From assembly GCA_017654855.1 (NCBI GenBank), contig CM030334.1:3286001-3350000 (forward strand): 64,000 nucleotides of DNA. Direction: 5' to 3'. The DNA comes from Podospora anserina. Lineage: Eukaryota. A program made the translations under genes and the position numbers. Positions within the stretch are counted from its first letter, which is position 1. The number at the start of each line of letters is the position of its first letter. This document shows, piece by piece, positions 36,038 through 49,262 of this stretch. Below the pieces are notes generated by a model. It saw only the letters and a list, made by a program, of their open reading frames with translations, had not been told where the DNA came from and searched no databases.

Positions 36038-39026
36038 GCAATCTCCTCTCTTTCGGTGGTGGTGTGTGTAAGATTATATAATGGCGGGAAAGGTGTACAA
36101 AAAAGCTATTTATTTTTGAATGAGGGTCTGGGGTATTTATGACCGAACAACGATCTTCAAAAGGACGGTGGTGCTGCTCGGGGCGTTTTACTTTTCTTCG
36201 GTCGCCATGTATTTTTTATCAAGTCATGTATAATGCTCCTCTCATGATGTCGATTTTGGGTTTGAAAGCATTTTCGGAAAGCGCGGAAAACAAATTACGG
36301 GAACACACACATAGGGGCCTTGGGAGCGGGAGCTCCTCATGAGGCTCAGGTAGATAGAAGTCTTGTGTGTGTACACATATACCACATACACAATACAATG
36401 TATGAAGTGGGATTTCTGGGCGCACTCTCCTGTTAGCTGTGATGTTGTCTTATCGAAGGATGAAGTCTGCTGCGAGGCCTCACGGCTAGACGGCTGCTTT
36501 CTGTATGGTGGTTGAAAGAAGGCAGACGGTTTGGTACATCTTCTTGCCCACTGGCTAGTCTCTCTACGCTCCTTCAACACCATCTGTTTACATCAGCGTT
36601 GTTAAAGCAATCCTTTTCGCTCGACAGATCGCTCGTGTTGTTGCCGTGACCGTTGGTTGGTTTTGCTGAGTGGTCAATTGACATTCAGCCTCTCTCTAAG
36701 GTAATAGATGTCCGATTATTTTGAGGTTAATTTGTCGATGGTTGTTGCCTGTGTGCAGACTTTCTCCAAAACATCGCGGCTGCCTCAGACATTACATCGA
36801 CTTGTAAGCGTCACCGGAGCCAGGACCACGATCTCGACTGACATAGCCCATCAACAGCGTACAACTGCTGATCGAGCAAACGTCCACACCATGCGCAGGC
36901 GACAAAAAACACAGCTATAAAAAGATGACATCTCGGCAGGTAGGGCGGCGTCGACATAAGCGAGGGAGATCATCGGGGTATTCTCAAGCTTGGCGATTTT
37001 GATAAGAAGCAAAGAGGCACGGAGACGGAAGAAATGCCGGGTGGTGTTTTTTATCTAGAGCACTCAGCTGTCAAATTGAGGCTCTGTTTGGAGCTGCGGA
37101 AATTCCGACAAGCTTGCCCGCAACGACTTCGGTCAGACTCGAGAGAGGGGAAAGGCCCAGGTTCAACATGACATCACGGTCAGCATCCAACCAATTGAAA
37201 TACCCCGCCTTCCCACTCGCCCACTCAAGGCATCTGGATAATTGAGGCAGAAACCAAAAAGTGCGGATCATCATGTGTGCGTCTATGAAACTGAGCGGAA
37301 ATTCCCCGAGGGTGGTTGTCTGAAACGAAAAGATCTGCTGCTGCCATCCAACATTTTCTGCAAAGACGGCTATGCCCGAGACTTGCCATGAGGGAGGGAG
37401 AAGCCCAATATCGGCGCTCCGAGTTGTACGCATTTGCAACTGAAACAGGTGAAAGGGTGCACACGCATTGATAAGGTCAGGTCCTGCTGTCAGCAGCCAT
37501 ACCATATTTTGGTATGGAAGACGAGCATCGCCAATGACATGCTGACGGTGGTGGTGCCCCCAATATAAGACCTGCCCTAACTACGCATACTAGAACGACC
37601 TTGGGGGGTGACCATGAGGCTACTGCGTTAAGGAGGTAATATATGCAAGTCTCTCTTGGCTGCCGGTGACCAGAACGTTCTGTCATTGGATAGTGGTGCT
37701 CGCCATCAGGTTTTGTGCTTACTAGATACCAATGGTAGCAGTATAAGTCGAACAGGTAGACATGTGCAACAAATACCCCGTGGGGGCAGCCGGTGACGGG
37801 TGGTTCCAGGTTGCGGGAGGTTCGGCCAGGCACTTGTTTTTCTGCACCTCACACAGTCTTCTAAGAAAAGCGTTTGTTTTGTTGCCGGACCTGAGCCAGG
37901 CACCACTTTCGAAACGGCACAGGCGTTAGGCCGAACAATTGTAAAAAGGAGCACTTGACTCAGCCATCTCTCTCATTGTCCAGGACGGAGCCGTAGGAGC
38001 AAGCCTGCGGTTCCAGAGACGTGCCAAAGAGAGGTGGTAGAACTGACATCACGTGACGGCCTTTGATCAATCCTGGGAGTGCCAAGCCCTGGCTTTCCTC
38101 AGAGTGGTGTTAGCGGGGAAGGGAGCTGCAACTGCCCTCCCGCGTTGATGCACCCATTGGGAGTTGCTTGCCAACAAAATCTCGACGCCGGTGTTTCTGG
38201 AGAGGATATCATATCTTTTCATTGCCAGTGAGAGCGTGAGAGCGGAAGCAGACAGCTGCTCGTTCGCTCAGGGGGTTTTTGATTTGTTTTTCTCTCGTCG
38301 ACCGGCAAGACTCGACCATCAAACCCCAAAGTTGTCCTCCCCACAGACCCTTAAACCCTGCCCTGCCCTGCCTTATCCCTTCTGCGCTGGCAGGCTGTTT
38401 CCCGCTCTCCTTATTTTGACGACACCTCCTCGCCTGTCTTTCAAGACATCCACAACTTCCCCGCCTCAGGCAAGCCGCGAGAGACCTCTCGCCGTTCCAG
38501 CAAGCACGACGTAACGACTTTTCTCTTCCAAGCAGCTACGCACCTAACTTTCCACGACTTGCAGCACCTACCTCACCGCGCAGTAGAGCTGCCTGTGTGT
38601 CTTCCCCCCGGATTGCCAACGTCAAACCGACATCCTACCGACACCCCAGCCGCTGCGGAAAGGGCAACTCTCGATGCCGGGCGTTTGACCTTCACCTAGG
38701 TTTCTGAGGAAATTTGTTGCGGCAACCCGAGCCTACAGTGTGTTTCCGGTCAACTTGCGAATTCAACGGACCCAGCCAAAAGTCGTAGCGTGGCAGGCCG
38801 TCGTTACTGACACACGGGCCCTTTTGCAATAGATCGGGCTGTGGCTCCCACTGTCACGACCCTCTCTCGGTCAGGTCGCACCATTCTGCACTCTGATTCG
38901 CCCAATTCGCACAAACTCCTTCTCTGCCGCACCGTACCAACTCCCGCCCGCACTCCTCCCAAAGTTTCCACCTCCAAGCCGCCGCGACCAACCCAGTGTG
39001 AACTGGCAGCGAAGACCACGGGAGCC

Positions 39027-42000
39027 ATGGAAGACCGATCTTCGACCCCATCGCAGTCCACCTCCGCCGACGTCAAGTCGCCTACCCAGAGGCCTCTGTA
39101 CAGCAGCAAGCTCGGCGACCAAAGGAAAGAGGTGACCCCTTCTGGCCAGACTGCTAGGTGAGACACGAGTCCCTTCTCCTCCCCCCCTCCCCCCTCCCCC
39201 CATGCCATGCCCTGCCCTGCCCTGCCATCCCCAGCTTTTTTTTTCAAGCCTCACTTTGCCCACCAACAAGAGACCCCACGGTCCACTTTTGACTACACCC
39301 CATTGCGTCGGCTCTCTACTCTATCCCTTTTCCCATTCTCTTTCCATTCTTCGCGGATCGACCCGCATCGTGCCTCTCTGATGGTTCGCACCTGTAAGCG
39401 ACTGACTGACTGACGGTCGACCACCGCACAGACAAACTCCTCCTGTCACAAAGGCCTGGACCCCAGCGTCGAGAAATCCGGTTACCGGTCGATCGCAACC
39501 ACCTCAGGCCGGCTTCAACTCACAGAACAGGCAGTCTGTGACCAACTCCCTCCGTGAGGTCAGTCAAACTTTACCCCATTTCCCCGTATCCACCCTCCGC
39601 CTGCGGGCGCCTCCGAGAGCCTGATTTAGCTTTTGCAGCTGCCACAGAGCAACTGGTGCAGACGCACGCCGTCTCTCCGCTTCCCCCCAACTCAATCGTG
39701 TACAGAAGCTTACATCTGCCGCAGGGTCAGCGAGTGCGTGTTAGATACTCCCCAGGGGCCGAGTTTTCAGGCACCTGTTCGAACGACTTCGACTCGGGCA
39801 GCTTTCGACTAACCAACGTGCTACAGAAGAAGCTCCCCAATTCGGCCGACCTTGCCAACGGGGCGAGACGAGATCAGACACAAATGATGGCCCAGAAGAA
39901 GGACGTCATGGACGCTCGCGTTGTGCCTGGCAACGCCGGGAAGAATGATGGAAAGGGTGCTAATGGTAATCGAGGGACCACATGCATACACACTCTGCAA
40001 GGCCTTGAAACTGATCTTTTTCGCAGGCAATCGATCCGGTTTCAAGACAGATGCCTCCATTTCTAACTCGCGACTCGGTGCTGGTCGTGCTCTTCAACCC
40101 TGGGCCCCACCCCCTGACACCACAACTGACCTTAGCCTTGAAAGTTCCAAAGAAGATGTCCGCGGTTGGGATCAGTTCGCAACCCACGAGAGGATGTTTG
40201 GAAACAAGTCCACTTATGATGAGAGAATTTACACGACCGAGATCGACAGGAGCCACCCCAATTACGAGCAGAGAATCGCTCAGGCGGACAAGATTGCGCG
40301 CCAGATCGAAGGGGAGGCACCCAAGTTTGCCCATGTCGCCGAGGAGCGCATTATGGACTTTGGTGGCGGCGGTGATGGCAGGGATGAAGAGGAGAAGTAC
40401 GTCAAGCACACAGGCATAGCCGCCGGTGACAATTCCGAGCTGACCCCCTCCCAGATACAGCGGTGTTGCCCGCCAGGACTTCCCTCCGTTGAGCAGCAAC
40501 CGTGAGAATAAGTACACCCCACCAGCTCGGCGGGCTCCTACCGGTCAGTCAACAGTCAAGGGTGCTCCAGTGGACCCGGCTATCATTTCATCGCAATTGA
40601 AGGGTGCCCCGGCTTCTACCCAGCCCACGCCCGAGGTCGAGGATGTCAAGTCGCCTGCCGCCACGCCCACACCAGCCCAACCGGCTGTGGACAAGGCTGC
40701 CGAGCCCAAGGTGGAAAGCAAAGCTTCTGAGAAAGCTCCAGAGACCAAGCCCGACGTATCCGCAGCCCCCGCCAAGGCAGACCCCAAGGAGACTGTCGCT
40801 GCTCGGTCCTCGACTGCCACGGCTCGTGTTGGCTTCCCAGGTGCGAGTAGGGCGGGCGGCCCAAGCGCTGCAAACAACGTCGAGCGAGAAGTACTCAATG
40901 CTTTCAAGCAATTTTCCATCAAGGAGAGGAAGCAGGCCGATGCTGCCCGGCACAGCAAGGCCAGAGTTGACAAGGAGGTCAAGTTGACCGAGTTGAAAAA
41001 GTTCTCCAAGGACTTCAAGCTGTCCACTCCCGTGCCGAAGGACTTGATCCCCATCATTGCCAAGGACCCCGTCAAGCAGCAGGAGATCCAGGAGAAGGCG
41101 ATTCAAAATGCGGCCGAGATTGCCAGGAAGAAACAAGAGGCTGCTGCCAAGGAGAAGGAGTCTGCGGCCGCCAAGGTCAACCAAGCCAAGACGCCAGCCG
41201 AGCAGTCGAATGCCTCGACGCCCGCCGCGACGACTGATTCTCGCGCCAGCTCTCGCCCTACGGCTCCCCAACACTCCAACTCATCCGGTGCCCCCGGTCG
41301 CCATCCCGGAGGTCGCGCCTCTTACCATAACAGCAATGGGATCCAGCCTCCCTATGGCCAGTACAACCGGAACGGCCGTGGTGCTCAGCTTCCTCCCGGC
41401 GCTCAGGCTACCGGTCAGCTGGCCCAGCGTCTGAGAAATGTCGAGCAGCAAAAGATGCAGCACCCTCATATGGCTCAACACCCTCAGCCGGATATGCGTT
41501 TACCACCAACCGGTCCTGCTAACAATGCCGACCCCAACTACGGTCGTCGCATCAGCGGTGTGCCGCCGACCTATCTCGGTCCCAAGCTCAATCCTAACAC
41601 CCAGGAGTTCAGACCCAATGCATTTGCACAACCCTTCAACCCGATGAACCCAATCAACCCCATTAACGCGGTCATCCCCAGCCAGGCCTCCAGCCCTCGT
41701 GCTTCGGTGAACATGATGGAAGTTCCCATCATGGCTCCTCCAGCTCCGGCGAAGGGCCAGCTGGTCCGCCGCAAGACAAAGGCGATTGATATCAAGAAGT
41801 GTCTTGTCCTTTCCAACATGGAGACTATTCAGCCTCCGACTAATCCCAAGAAGACCTGGGAGGAGAATGACGGTTTCAGACCCGCCTTTGACCACCCTCC
41901 CACTTGGCGTGCGGTTGACCCGGAGAAGGAAGAGCCCAAAGACTCTACCATGAGCATGACCTATAATGAGTATTTCGAGAAGGTGCCGCGAGCTGGTGCG

Positions 42001-42705
42001 ACCGTCGCCACTCCCAACCCAACGCATGCCATGCCCCAAATCCCGCACCAACACCAGCTGCCACCCTATCTGCAGCACGGGGGCCAGGGCATGGCTCCTC
42101 GCCAATCGCCCCACATGCCCCCGATGCAGATGCAGGCCGGCCAGCACGGACATGGACCACATGGACCGTACAACCCCGACGATCATAGGATGATGCATTC
42201 TAATTCGGCCCAGTCCTTCGCTTCCCCTAGAATGGGACAAGTTCCCATGGCCTACCCCCCTTCGGTGAATGCTCCCGGTCAGATGCCTTATGGCCAGCCT
42301 GTCATGCCTCAATACATGAACCCCGGCGCGCCTCAGATGGGTCAGTTCCGCAGTTTCTCAAATAACCCTCAGTTCATGCCGCAGCAGCCCCATCACATGG
42401 GTGCGCCTATGATGGGTCAACCTCCCTTCATGCCACCTAACGGCATGGCGGTTCCTGGGCCCATGTATCCGGTCAGCGGTCCTCCGTTTATGCCTCCTGG
42501 CGCGGTTGCCCCGCAGCCGATGGTTGGATCCAATGGATTTCCCAGCCCTGGCCGGTCCGCTGCCGCCCCGATGATGGCTCATCAGGGTTCTCATCAGGGA
42601 CAGCCCGCCGTGTACGGAATGAGTCCCGCCATGACTTATCAGCAACCGGCCTATACCCCCCAGCAAGGCCAAGGCAAGTTTTCGGGTCAGCGTGCTCCCC
42701 AATGA
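39027..42705 (+). CDS. PBP1: PAB1-binding protein 1 / ataxin-2 homolog; exons approx 39027-39157, 39432-39558, 39725-39965, 40027-40396, 40455-42705
   Basis: KAWT..NPVT, Lsm-like exon, FKTDASIS, LsmAD (WDQFA...YTTEID...ADKIARQIE..HVAEER..EEEKYSGV), FSKDFKL, PAM2 KLNPNTQEFRP, M/P/Q-rich tail. The 5' exon structure is partly ambiguous. Confidence 0.9.
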
Positions 42706-44082
42706 GAGAATAGACCCGTCTACATTTGAGGTGGAGACGCCATGTTGATGTCTGCCTCGGTCACTCGGGCTCTTTTGAGCTGCCTTATCCTTTTGTACAA
42801 CTTTGGCCCACGACTGGACACGCTTGCACCCGCCTATCGAGAGGAAGTCCGAGAACTTTTTACTTTCGGCCTTCACGGCGACCTCGGTTGCGGCAAGCGA
42901 ATCAAACCCAACAAGTCATTATGTATGTCAAGGTCGGCTGGCTACGGTTTTTATGCAGGACGGGAGGGCGGGTAGGAAAAATTGAAGAAGCAGAAAAAAA
43001 GGAACCCATCACTTATTAGCTTTTTCCATTATTTGAGAAGAGCTTATACACGACACGGAATATCTTGCATGGTTCTTTCGGTTGTGCGCTTTGCTGCCAG
43101 TTGCATTACCGCCCATCTTGGTATTTGTCGAGGCATTTTCTGTTCGGCAGAGCGATGTGATGTGGTTTTTCTTTTCTGTCTGTTTTTTTTATTTGACAAC
43201 AATCAAACGCATGGAAGGGCGATAGCCAGAAAGGAGCAGGGGATGACGCAGAGGAACAGACATGGCAGGACATGACAGGAGGAAGGGGTGGTTGGGAGGG
43301 GAAACAGCAGCTTGTTCTTGTTGTTGAGTTATGTGAAAGGGTGTATGGGGGAGGGCGAGGCAGGCTGCTGTTTGATGCTGAAGGGGTTGACGGGTGATGT
43401 CGAGGGTGTTGGGGGGGGTGGTTTGAGTTGGGTTGAGGAGAGGGTATGGCAGCTTGGCGTGTCCTATTTGGTTTAGGACTGAGGCTGGATACAGTTTGTG
43501 TGGGTGGCCGGTGGCAGTGACAGTGACGGTGATTGTTTGAGAGAGGTCCGAAGTTGTCAGGGTGGGGGTAGGTTGATTGGCAAGGGGTTTGGGTTGGGGG
43601 ATGAGGAAGGAGGAGGAGGAGATTGTGGGCGGCGGTGGCGGCGGTGATGATGCTGAAGGAGGGGGTGATGGAGGAGGAGGAAGGAGAGACGAGTTTTGCT
43701 CGAGACTGATTCTCTCTGTGGTCCAAACAACATGAGGATTTTTTTTTCATCATGCGATAGATGTAGCTTACACAGCTAGCACGAATCCAGCATGAGAATC
43801 TTGAAAGCGGATAGGGGGAGATGATTGGGGTTTGTTGGTGTTGATTGTTTGTGTGTTGCAAGTTTCCCGCTGTTTTTTTCTACTGATGCCTGCTCGTCCC
43901 TCGTCTCCGCCCTTTGTATAGAAGAGGACACCACCGTTGCGACGGTCCTTTGCTGTGATGGAGGAAAAATACCTAATAGGAGCTCAACGGTGAAAGGGGA
44001 GGTCGACCGCGAGAGATGATGGGCCGTGAACGGGTGGTTTAGTAGTACTTGAGGGAAGGGGGAGTGTCTCGGTGAAGAGTGA

Positions 44083-44127
44083 AGTGGTGGTGGTGGTGGT
44101 GGTGGTGGTGGTGGTGGTGGTGGTGGT
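44083..44127. repeat. (GGT)n microsatellite
   Basis: Directly visible. Confidence 0.9.
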
Positions 44128-44571
44128 AGTCGTACGGGGGTGTGAGAAGGTGGAATGGAATGGTACGATGGCTGGTGGTGGGTTAGTGGGTGGCGACCTT
44201 GGAGGAGGTAGGGTGGTGTTTTGAGTTGAGTGGTATGTTACGTGATGATGGACTTGGGCTCTTTGATGAGGAGCACGGTTTGCAGGTCAGGGAGCGCGGG
44301 AGAAGGGGCTGTGACTATTGAGATGTTGGGTTGGATAGCCCGAGGAACTGTTTTGTGTCTGTGCCATGAAGGGGTGTTGGTTTCCGGGCGGAGTGGTAGT
44401 TCTAGGGGGGATGGGAACTCACTACGATTATGGATTGCTTAGAGATGCGGTGCTTTCTGTCAAGGGTTGTCGCTCAGGGTTGTTTGGTGAAGATTTGGCG
44501 GGTGTAAGGAGGGAAGATGCTGTCTCTGAGCTCTCGGCGTTTTCATCTTTGGTCATCACACGGAGGTGGCC

Positions 44572-44690
44572 TGGTTGTCTGGTTGTCTGGTTGTCTGGTT
44601 GTCTGGTTGTCTGGTTGTCTGGTTGTCTGGTTGTCTGGTTGTCTGGTTGTCTGGTTGTCTGGTTGTCTGGTTGTCTGGTTGTCTGGTTGC
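44572..44690. repeat. 8-bp tandem repeat (GGTTGTCT)n, about 14 perfect copies
   Basis: Directly visible. Confidence 0.95.
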
Positions 44691-47600
44691 TCCTCAGGAG
44701 GATGGTGTAAGCATGCCGCGCAGCTCTATAGCAACGGAACAAGGACTCGTCCAACGACGCAAGCAAGGATGGACTTCTTGGGGATGTAGAAAAGACAGCA
44801 TTGCACATTGGCGACCTAAGATGGTCTGTCATACCCACCGATCTTTGTCAGATGGAATTTGGGGATGCACAACAGTCCACCTAACTATAAGGTACCTTAC
44901 ATCGTTGGTGGTGTTGGTAATGAACGGTAATGGTAGTATCAAGATTGTCTCGCCTCGGCGCATATGAATGGCAGTAGCGCTTGAGCGGAAAGGAAAAATA
45001 GCATCAGATACATTGCCCAACACACGCAGGGGGGCGTAGTCTGGGAAAGGTGTGTTCAGTGCTGGCGCGCTCACATGAAGAGAGAGCCTAAATAGGTAGG
45101 TACATACATCTACAAGTTTCAGGTTTGGGATGAAAGGATCAGTGCGGGAAAGGTGTGTGGTGTGGTAGGGCAGGGAGATCATTGGAGATCATGACCCCTT
45201 CATATTGCGATCTAGGAGACAGGATGAGTTTGTGATTGGAAACAGATTCATGGGGTGTAATGTGGTCTGCCATGTGAACTGTCGTGATGTTTTACTTGGT
45301 TTAGTAGTTGGTTGTTGAGAAGTTGATGATGCGCATGGGAAGATAGTTTACTCAACCGATATCACAACGCGCCTAGATCATGAGAATGTCCCTTCAGAAG
45401 CATGTCCATTGGTAGGTTATTGAGAGACTGATCTGACAATCTACCGACCAGCATCCGCTGTCTTTTATTTTCTTGGACTCACTCAGCTGCCGAAAAACCA
45501 ATGTAAGTTTTTTCCCTGGGCTTAGGAGGCTGGAAGCACCTCCTGATATCCTCGGTTGAGGTGGTTGGTTGGTGGCTGGAAAACGGCCCTTACACAGCTT
45601 TCAACTCTCGAAAGCGAGGGATCCCAATGTTGAGGTGATTTTAGTCTTCTCACAATGATCTCCCTCAGGGAGGCTGTGTACTATTTTTCCACTTCTCTGA
45701 CATGTGCAAGTTTATGCGATCCGATGTGGTTCAATGCAAGACAGACTCGGGCGGGAAAAGGCTTGTTGTCTCGGAACAGAGGATTCAGGGGTGACTCGGG
45801 GTCGCTCGGGGAGCGGGGGAGGCGCGCACACACACCTTCAAGGTGAAGGATGATCCACCCCATGGATTGGGCTCCAGACTGCCGGGCTTGAAGAAGAATT
45901 GTTGGATTGGAATCGAAGGGTTGCACACACTAACACAGCGCTTGGCGAAGAGAATGCTAAATTAACATGAATTTGGGCGAGTGTTTCTATGATATGGAAC
46001 TTTGGGGGGGGGGGGTTATAAGACAACAAATAAACAAAAGTCGAGATGTCACCTAGGTAGTGAGTGGCAAAAAGATCATCGCTGAGGAATGCTAGATCTG
46101 TTAGAGTCTAGACCAAATATCAGTAGAAACGTTGCGCTCGGTAGAGCCCCGCAAGTCGCAAAATAGCCAACGTAGACCTGTTGTGCAGTTTGTGGTTGGA
46201 TGGTGTAGGACCGACAAACTTGTCCTTCACCACTCGCTTACCGGAGTATTCTGCTGTCTCTGCCTCTTTCTCACATGTACTTTGTGGGAGGAGGCACACA
46301 TGCGGTTTTTACACCGGGTGCGGGCCTGGGCCGGCCTGCCTATCGCGGGCTTTACCGCCGGCTGGTTGCGTGATCCTCTTGCTGACTTTTCTTCCCCCTC
46401 TGCAATCCTTGGGGTGGTGAGGGGTAATCGGGGGGTTGTTTGTGCTTCTTTTGTCCGTCAGCCTCCAGCAGCCGTCGGTGTGGACTGTGATAGCCCCTGA
46501 GTGGTGCTGAGTTTGAATCCGAGTGTTTTCCCGATGACTTAAGAGGCGTGGGTGGTGCATCGGAGTCAATGCAGGAACCATCGCAAAAAGATATCGCCAC
46601 CTGCAGGTCCACCGTCGCTCAAAAAAAGAGATTTCGCAGCTGACGCAGCTGAACGTGCAGCGCCGATGCGGTCCACGCCCTCATCCACCTCTTGTCGTCA
46701 TCAACCAACAGCTCCGTTTTCACGCCGCAGCAGATGTTGTGCATAATGGCATAATGGACGAGGTGGTGGGTGGAGTGGTCAGTTGTTGGTCAGTTTGCGT
46801 GGTCTGCGAGGGAGCGAGGGCGGCGTCGCCTGTCGGTTGCCGCCTCGGGGTTGCGCAGGGCACATACCGTAAGGCACACACACCGCCCGGCAGGGAGAAG
46901 GTGAAGAAGCATCTCAGCCAGTCAGGGGTAAAAGCTGCCCCTCCTTCTTCTCTTTCTGTGTGTCTTTCTTGTGTACCGTGATGAACAAACGACAACCTGC
47001 ATCATTGCATCGCAGGTTTTGTCGATTTTCTCTTTCTGTGGACAGTCAGGGTCTTGCATTGACCGCGCGGTCGGCGGTTGTCGATCATCAGGCCTGAGGG
47101 TGCTTGATCTCGACTGGGACAGGCTGGCCAGGCGCTGTCTTTGGAGCGATGTTCCCCGCCTGGATGTCGGAATGTCGGGAGCCCTCAGCCAGCCAAAAGC
47201 TTGGTGGGGTTGACGGGGTTGACGTCGGGTTGGTTGCCGTCAACGGTTGAGCTGCACTGCCTACGTAATCATGGAGGGGGGTGACAATTCCTCCAAAGAA
47301 ACAGAAAAAGCAGCCGAAAAGCAGGCGGTCGAAAGGCCCAGTGGCTATTTTATGGCTCACTTTATGTAAGGTACGGTTCGGGTAAACTCTCGGGATGATG
47401 TGCGACCTGCAACTTGGGATGTTTCTCTCGCTATTTTGCCAGTATTCTCGTCCCATGTGTTCTTAATTTGGCTTTTCGGGCTGCAGATGAGTCAAGCGGT
47501 TGGTCTTGGTGCAGAAAACCTGTAGAAGATCGGGTGGTTATGGCTGTTTTCACGGCGGTCAGGACGGTCTGTAATTGCAGGCCACTTGCCACTTCGTGAT

Positions 47601-49262
47601 AGCTCAACTGTGAAACCGACGGCTTCTCGTTCGTATGTTCTGTTCGCATGGCTTCAGAGCAAAGTTCCAGAAAGCGGTTCCCTCTCGGACATAACCCCCG
47701 GGTTCTGCTGCGCAAGGCAGACACCGAGAGACAACTCGTCGGCCGTCGTCCCAAAGTGAACATGTCCCCTCCCCATGTCTGCAGGGCCCAGCGCTTGACA
47801 AACAACCGGGACACGCGGCGTGCCGTGGTGGTCTGGATTGGGGCCACAGTGGCACAGTTCTTTTTTTCTCTTGGGGCTCCAGGGTTGATGAATTTTCTTC
47901 TTCTAGGGTTATGAGGGTTTTTTGAAGCGAACAAAAGGGGTCAGTGTTTCAAGTTTGTGGTGTTTGGGCCAGTCGGGCGCTTTCAACCAGGTTCCCCAGG
48001 ATCTCGCCCAGACCAGACCTTTTCCCACCAGCCAGTCAGAGACTAGAACGGCTCAGGCACAATCGGGCAGCCATTGGATGAACTGACAGCTGGCCCCTGA
48101 TCGATGGGGCACTTTTGGGTTGCAGCCCCACGGACGAATACCGAGTGCCTAGCGTTCCAGTGGCAGCGGCAGCCACACACACACAACGATTTTCCAGGGC
48201 AAGCGCAAGCGTTTCCCGTCACACCAGCGCCATCGTCGCACCAGTCACCAGTCCATCGTGCATTTTTTGGACGGTCATCCTTCTCACTGGCTGTCCGGAC
48301 TTGTACCTGAATTTGCATCTTTTCTTTTGGGATGTTATCCTCAATCTGTCCCGCGCGCCTGTCTACCAATCCTTTTGCTCTGTTGCTCCCTGCCAGTGAC
48401 CGACCCAGCGAGTGCTGTTTGAGGTGAAGTGAACAGGAGCGAGCAATTGCCACCGTCCGCAAAGATACCGAGTATTGCCGTGAGTGATGGATTTGAGCGG
48501 ATATTGCAGTGTAATGCCCTCTCTCACGGCCGCATTGAACACAGGCCGCAGTTCACGGCAGTCCAGATGGTGTACCGTACAACCAGTCCTCTTCGAGGAT
48601 CCCGATCCCCACTCTGACCCTGCTGCTTGGATCTTCTTGGACCGCAGCGGCCCAGCAGGGACGGGGGTGTCTTTTGCGGTGGAGCAAGGGGAGGGAGCAA
48701 GCAGGGGAGGGAGGGATGGGATGAGAGAGGCCGTTCGTCCAGTGGCGTCTGTCTGTCCAGTGTGCGTTCGAAACGGCAGGACGGGGGCCAATCGTCTCTG
48801 GATGAACGGGTGGAACAGAAACATAAAGGGAGCTCTCCCTCTTTTTCAATCTTCCTTTTATTCTGCCCTTCTCTCACCACGGCATCACGCCTCTTACTTT
48901 CCTTCAGCAGACCACACCACCCCGTCAAGGGCTTCGATTGATTCTTTTTCTTTTCGCTTTCCACACTTTACACTTCACTCAGAAGATAGCCCGGTGCTTT
49001 CGACAAGTGACGACACTCCCTATTGTTCGACAAACAATAGCCCCTCAACCAGCATCAACAATCAGCTTTGTCCACATTGACACAAGCACCCACAACCCCA
49101 TTCATTACCAGCCTCCGAGCAGTGCTCAAATTTTCCAGACTTTTTCCTCTGCGACCACTTGCAAGCTTTTCACTCCTTGAAAACGAAAACTTCAGAGAAC
49201 CAATCGATCACTCGCCTATCCGGCATCCACAGAACCACCAAACAACAAACAAGAACTTGACC

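Noticed and set aside
38841..39026. GTG-initiated in-frame extension upstream of the PBP1 ATG
   Set aside because: The frame is open, but nothing supports near-cognate initiation; the ATG at 39027 has good context.
43106..43861. 251-aa minus-strand ORF downstream of PBP1
   Set aside because: Low-complexity G/C-run sequence with no domain or codon signature.
44428..44967. ORFs with VVWLSGCL / QTTRQPDN repeats, or a CRISPR-like array
   Set aside because: Translations of an 8-bp minisatellite; no spacers.
47900..47920. TAGGGTTA as a possible telomerase RNA template
   Set aside because: Imperfect match to the expected template and no supporting structure seen.
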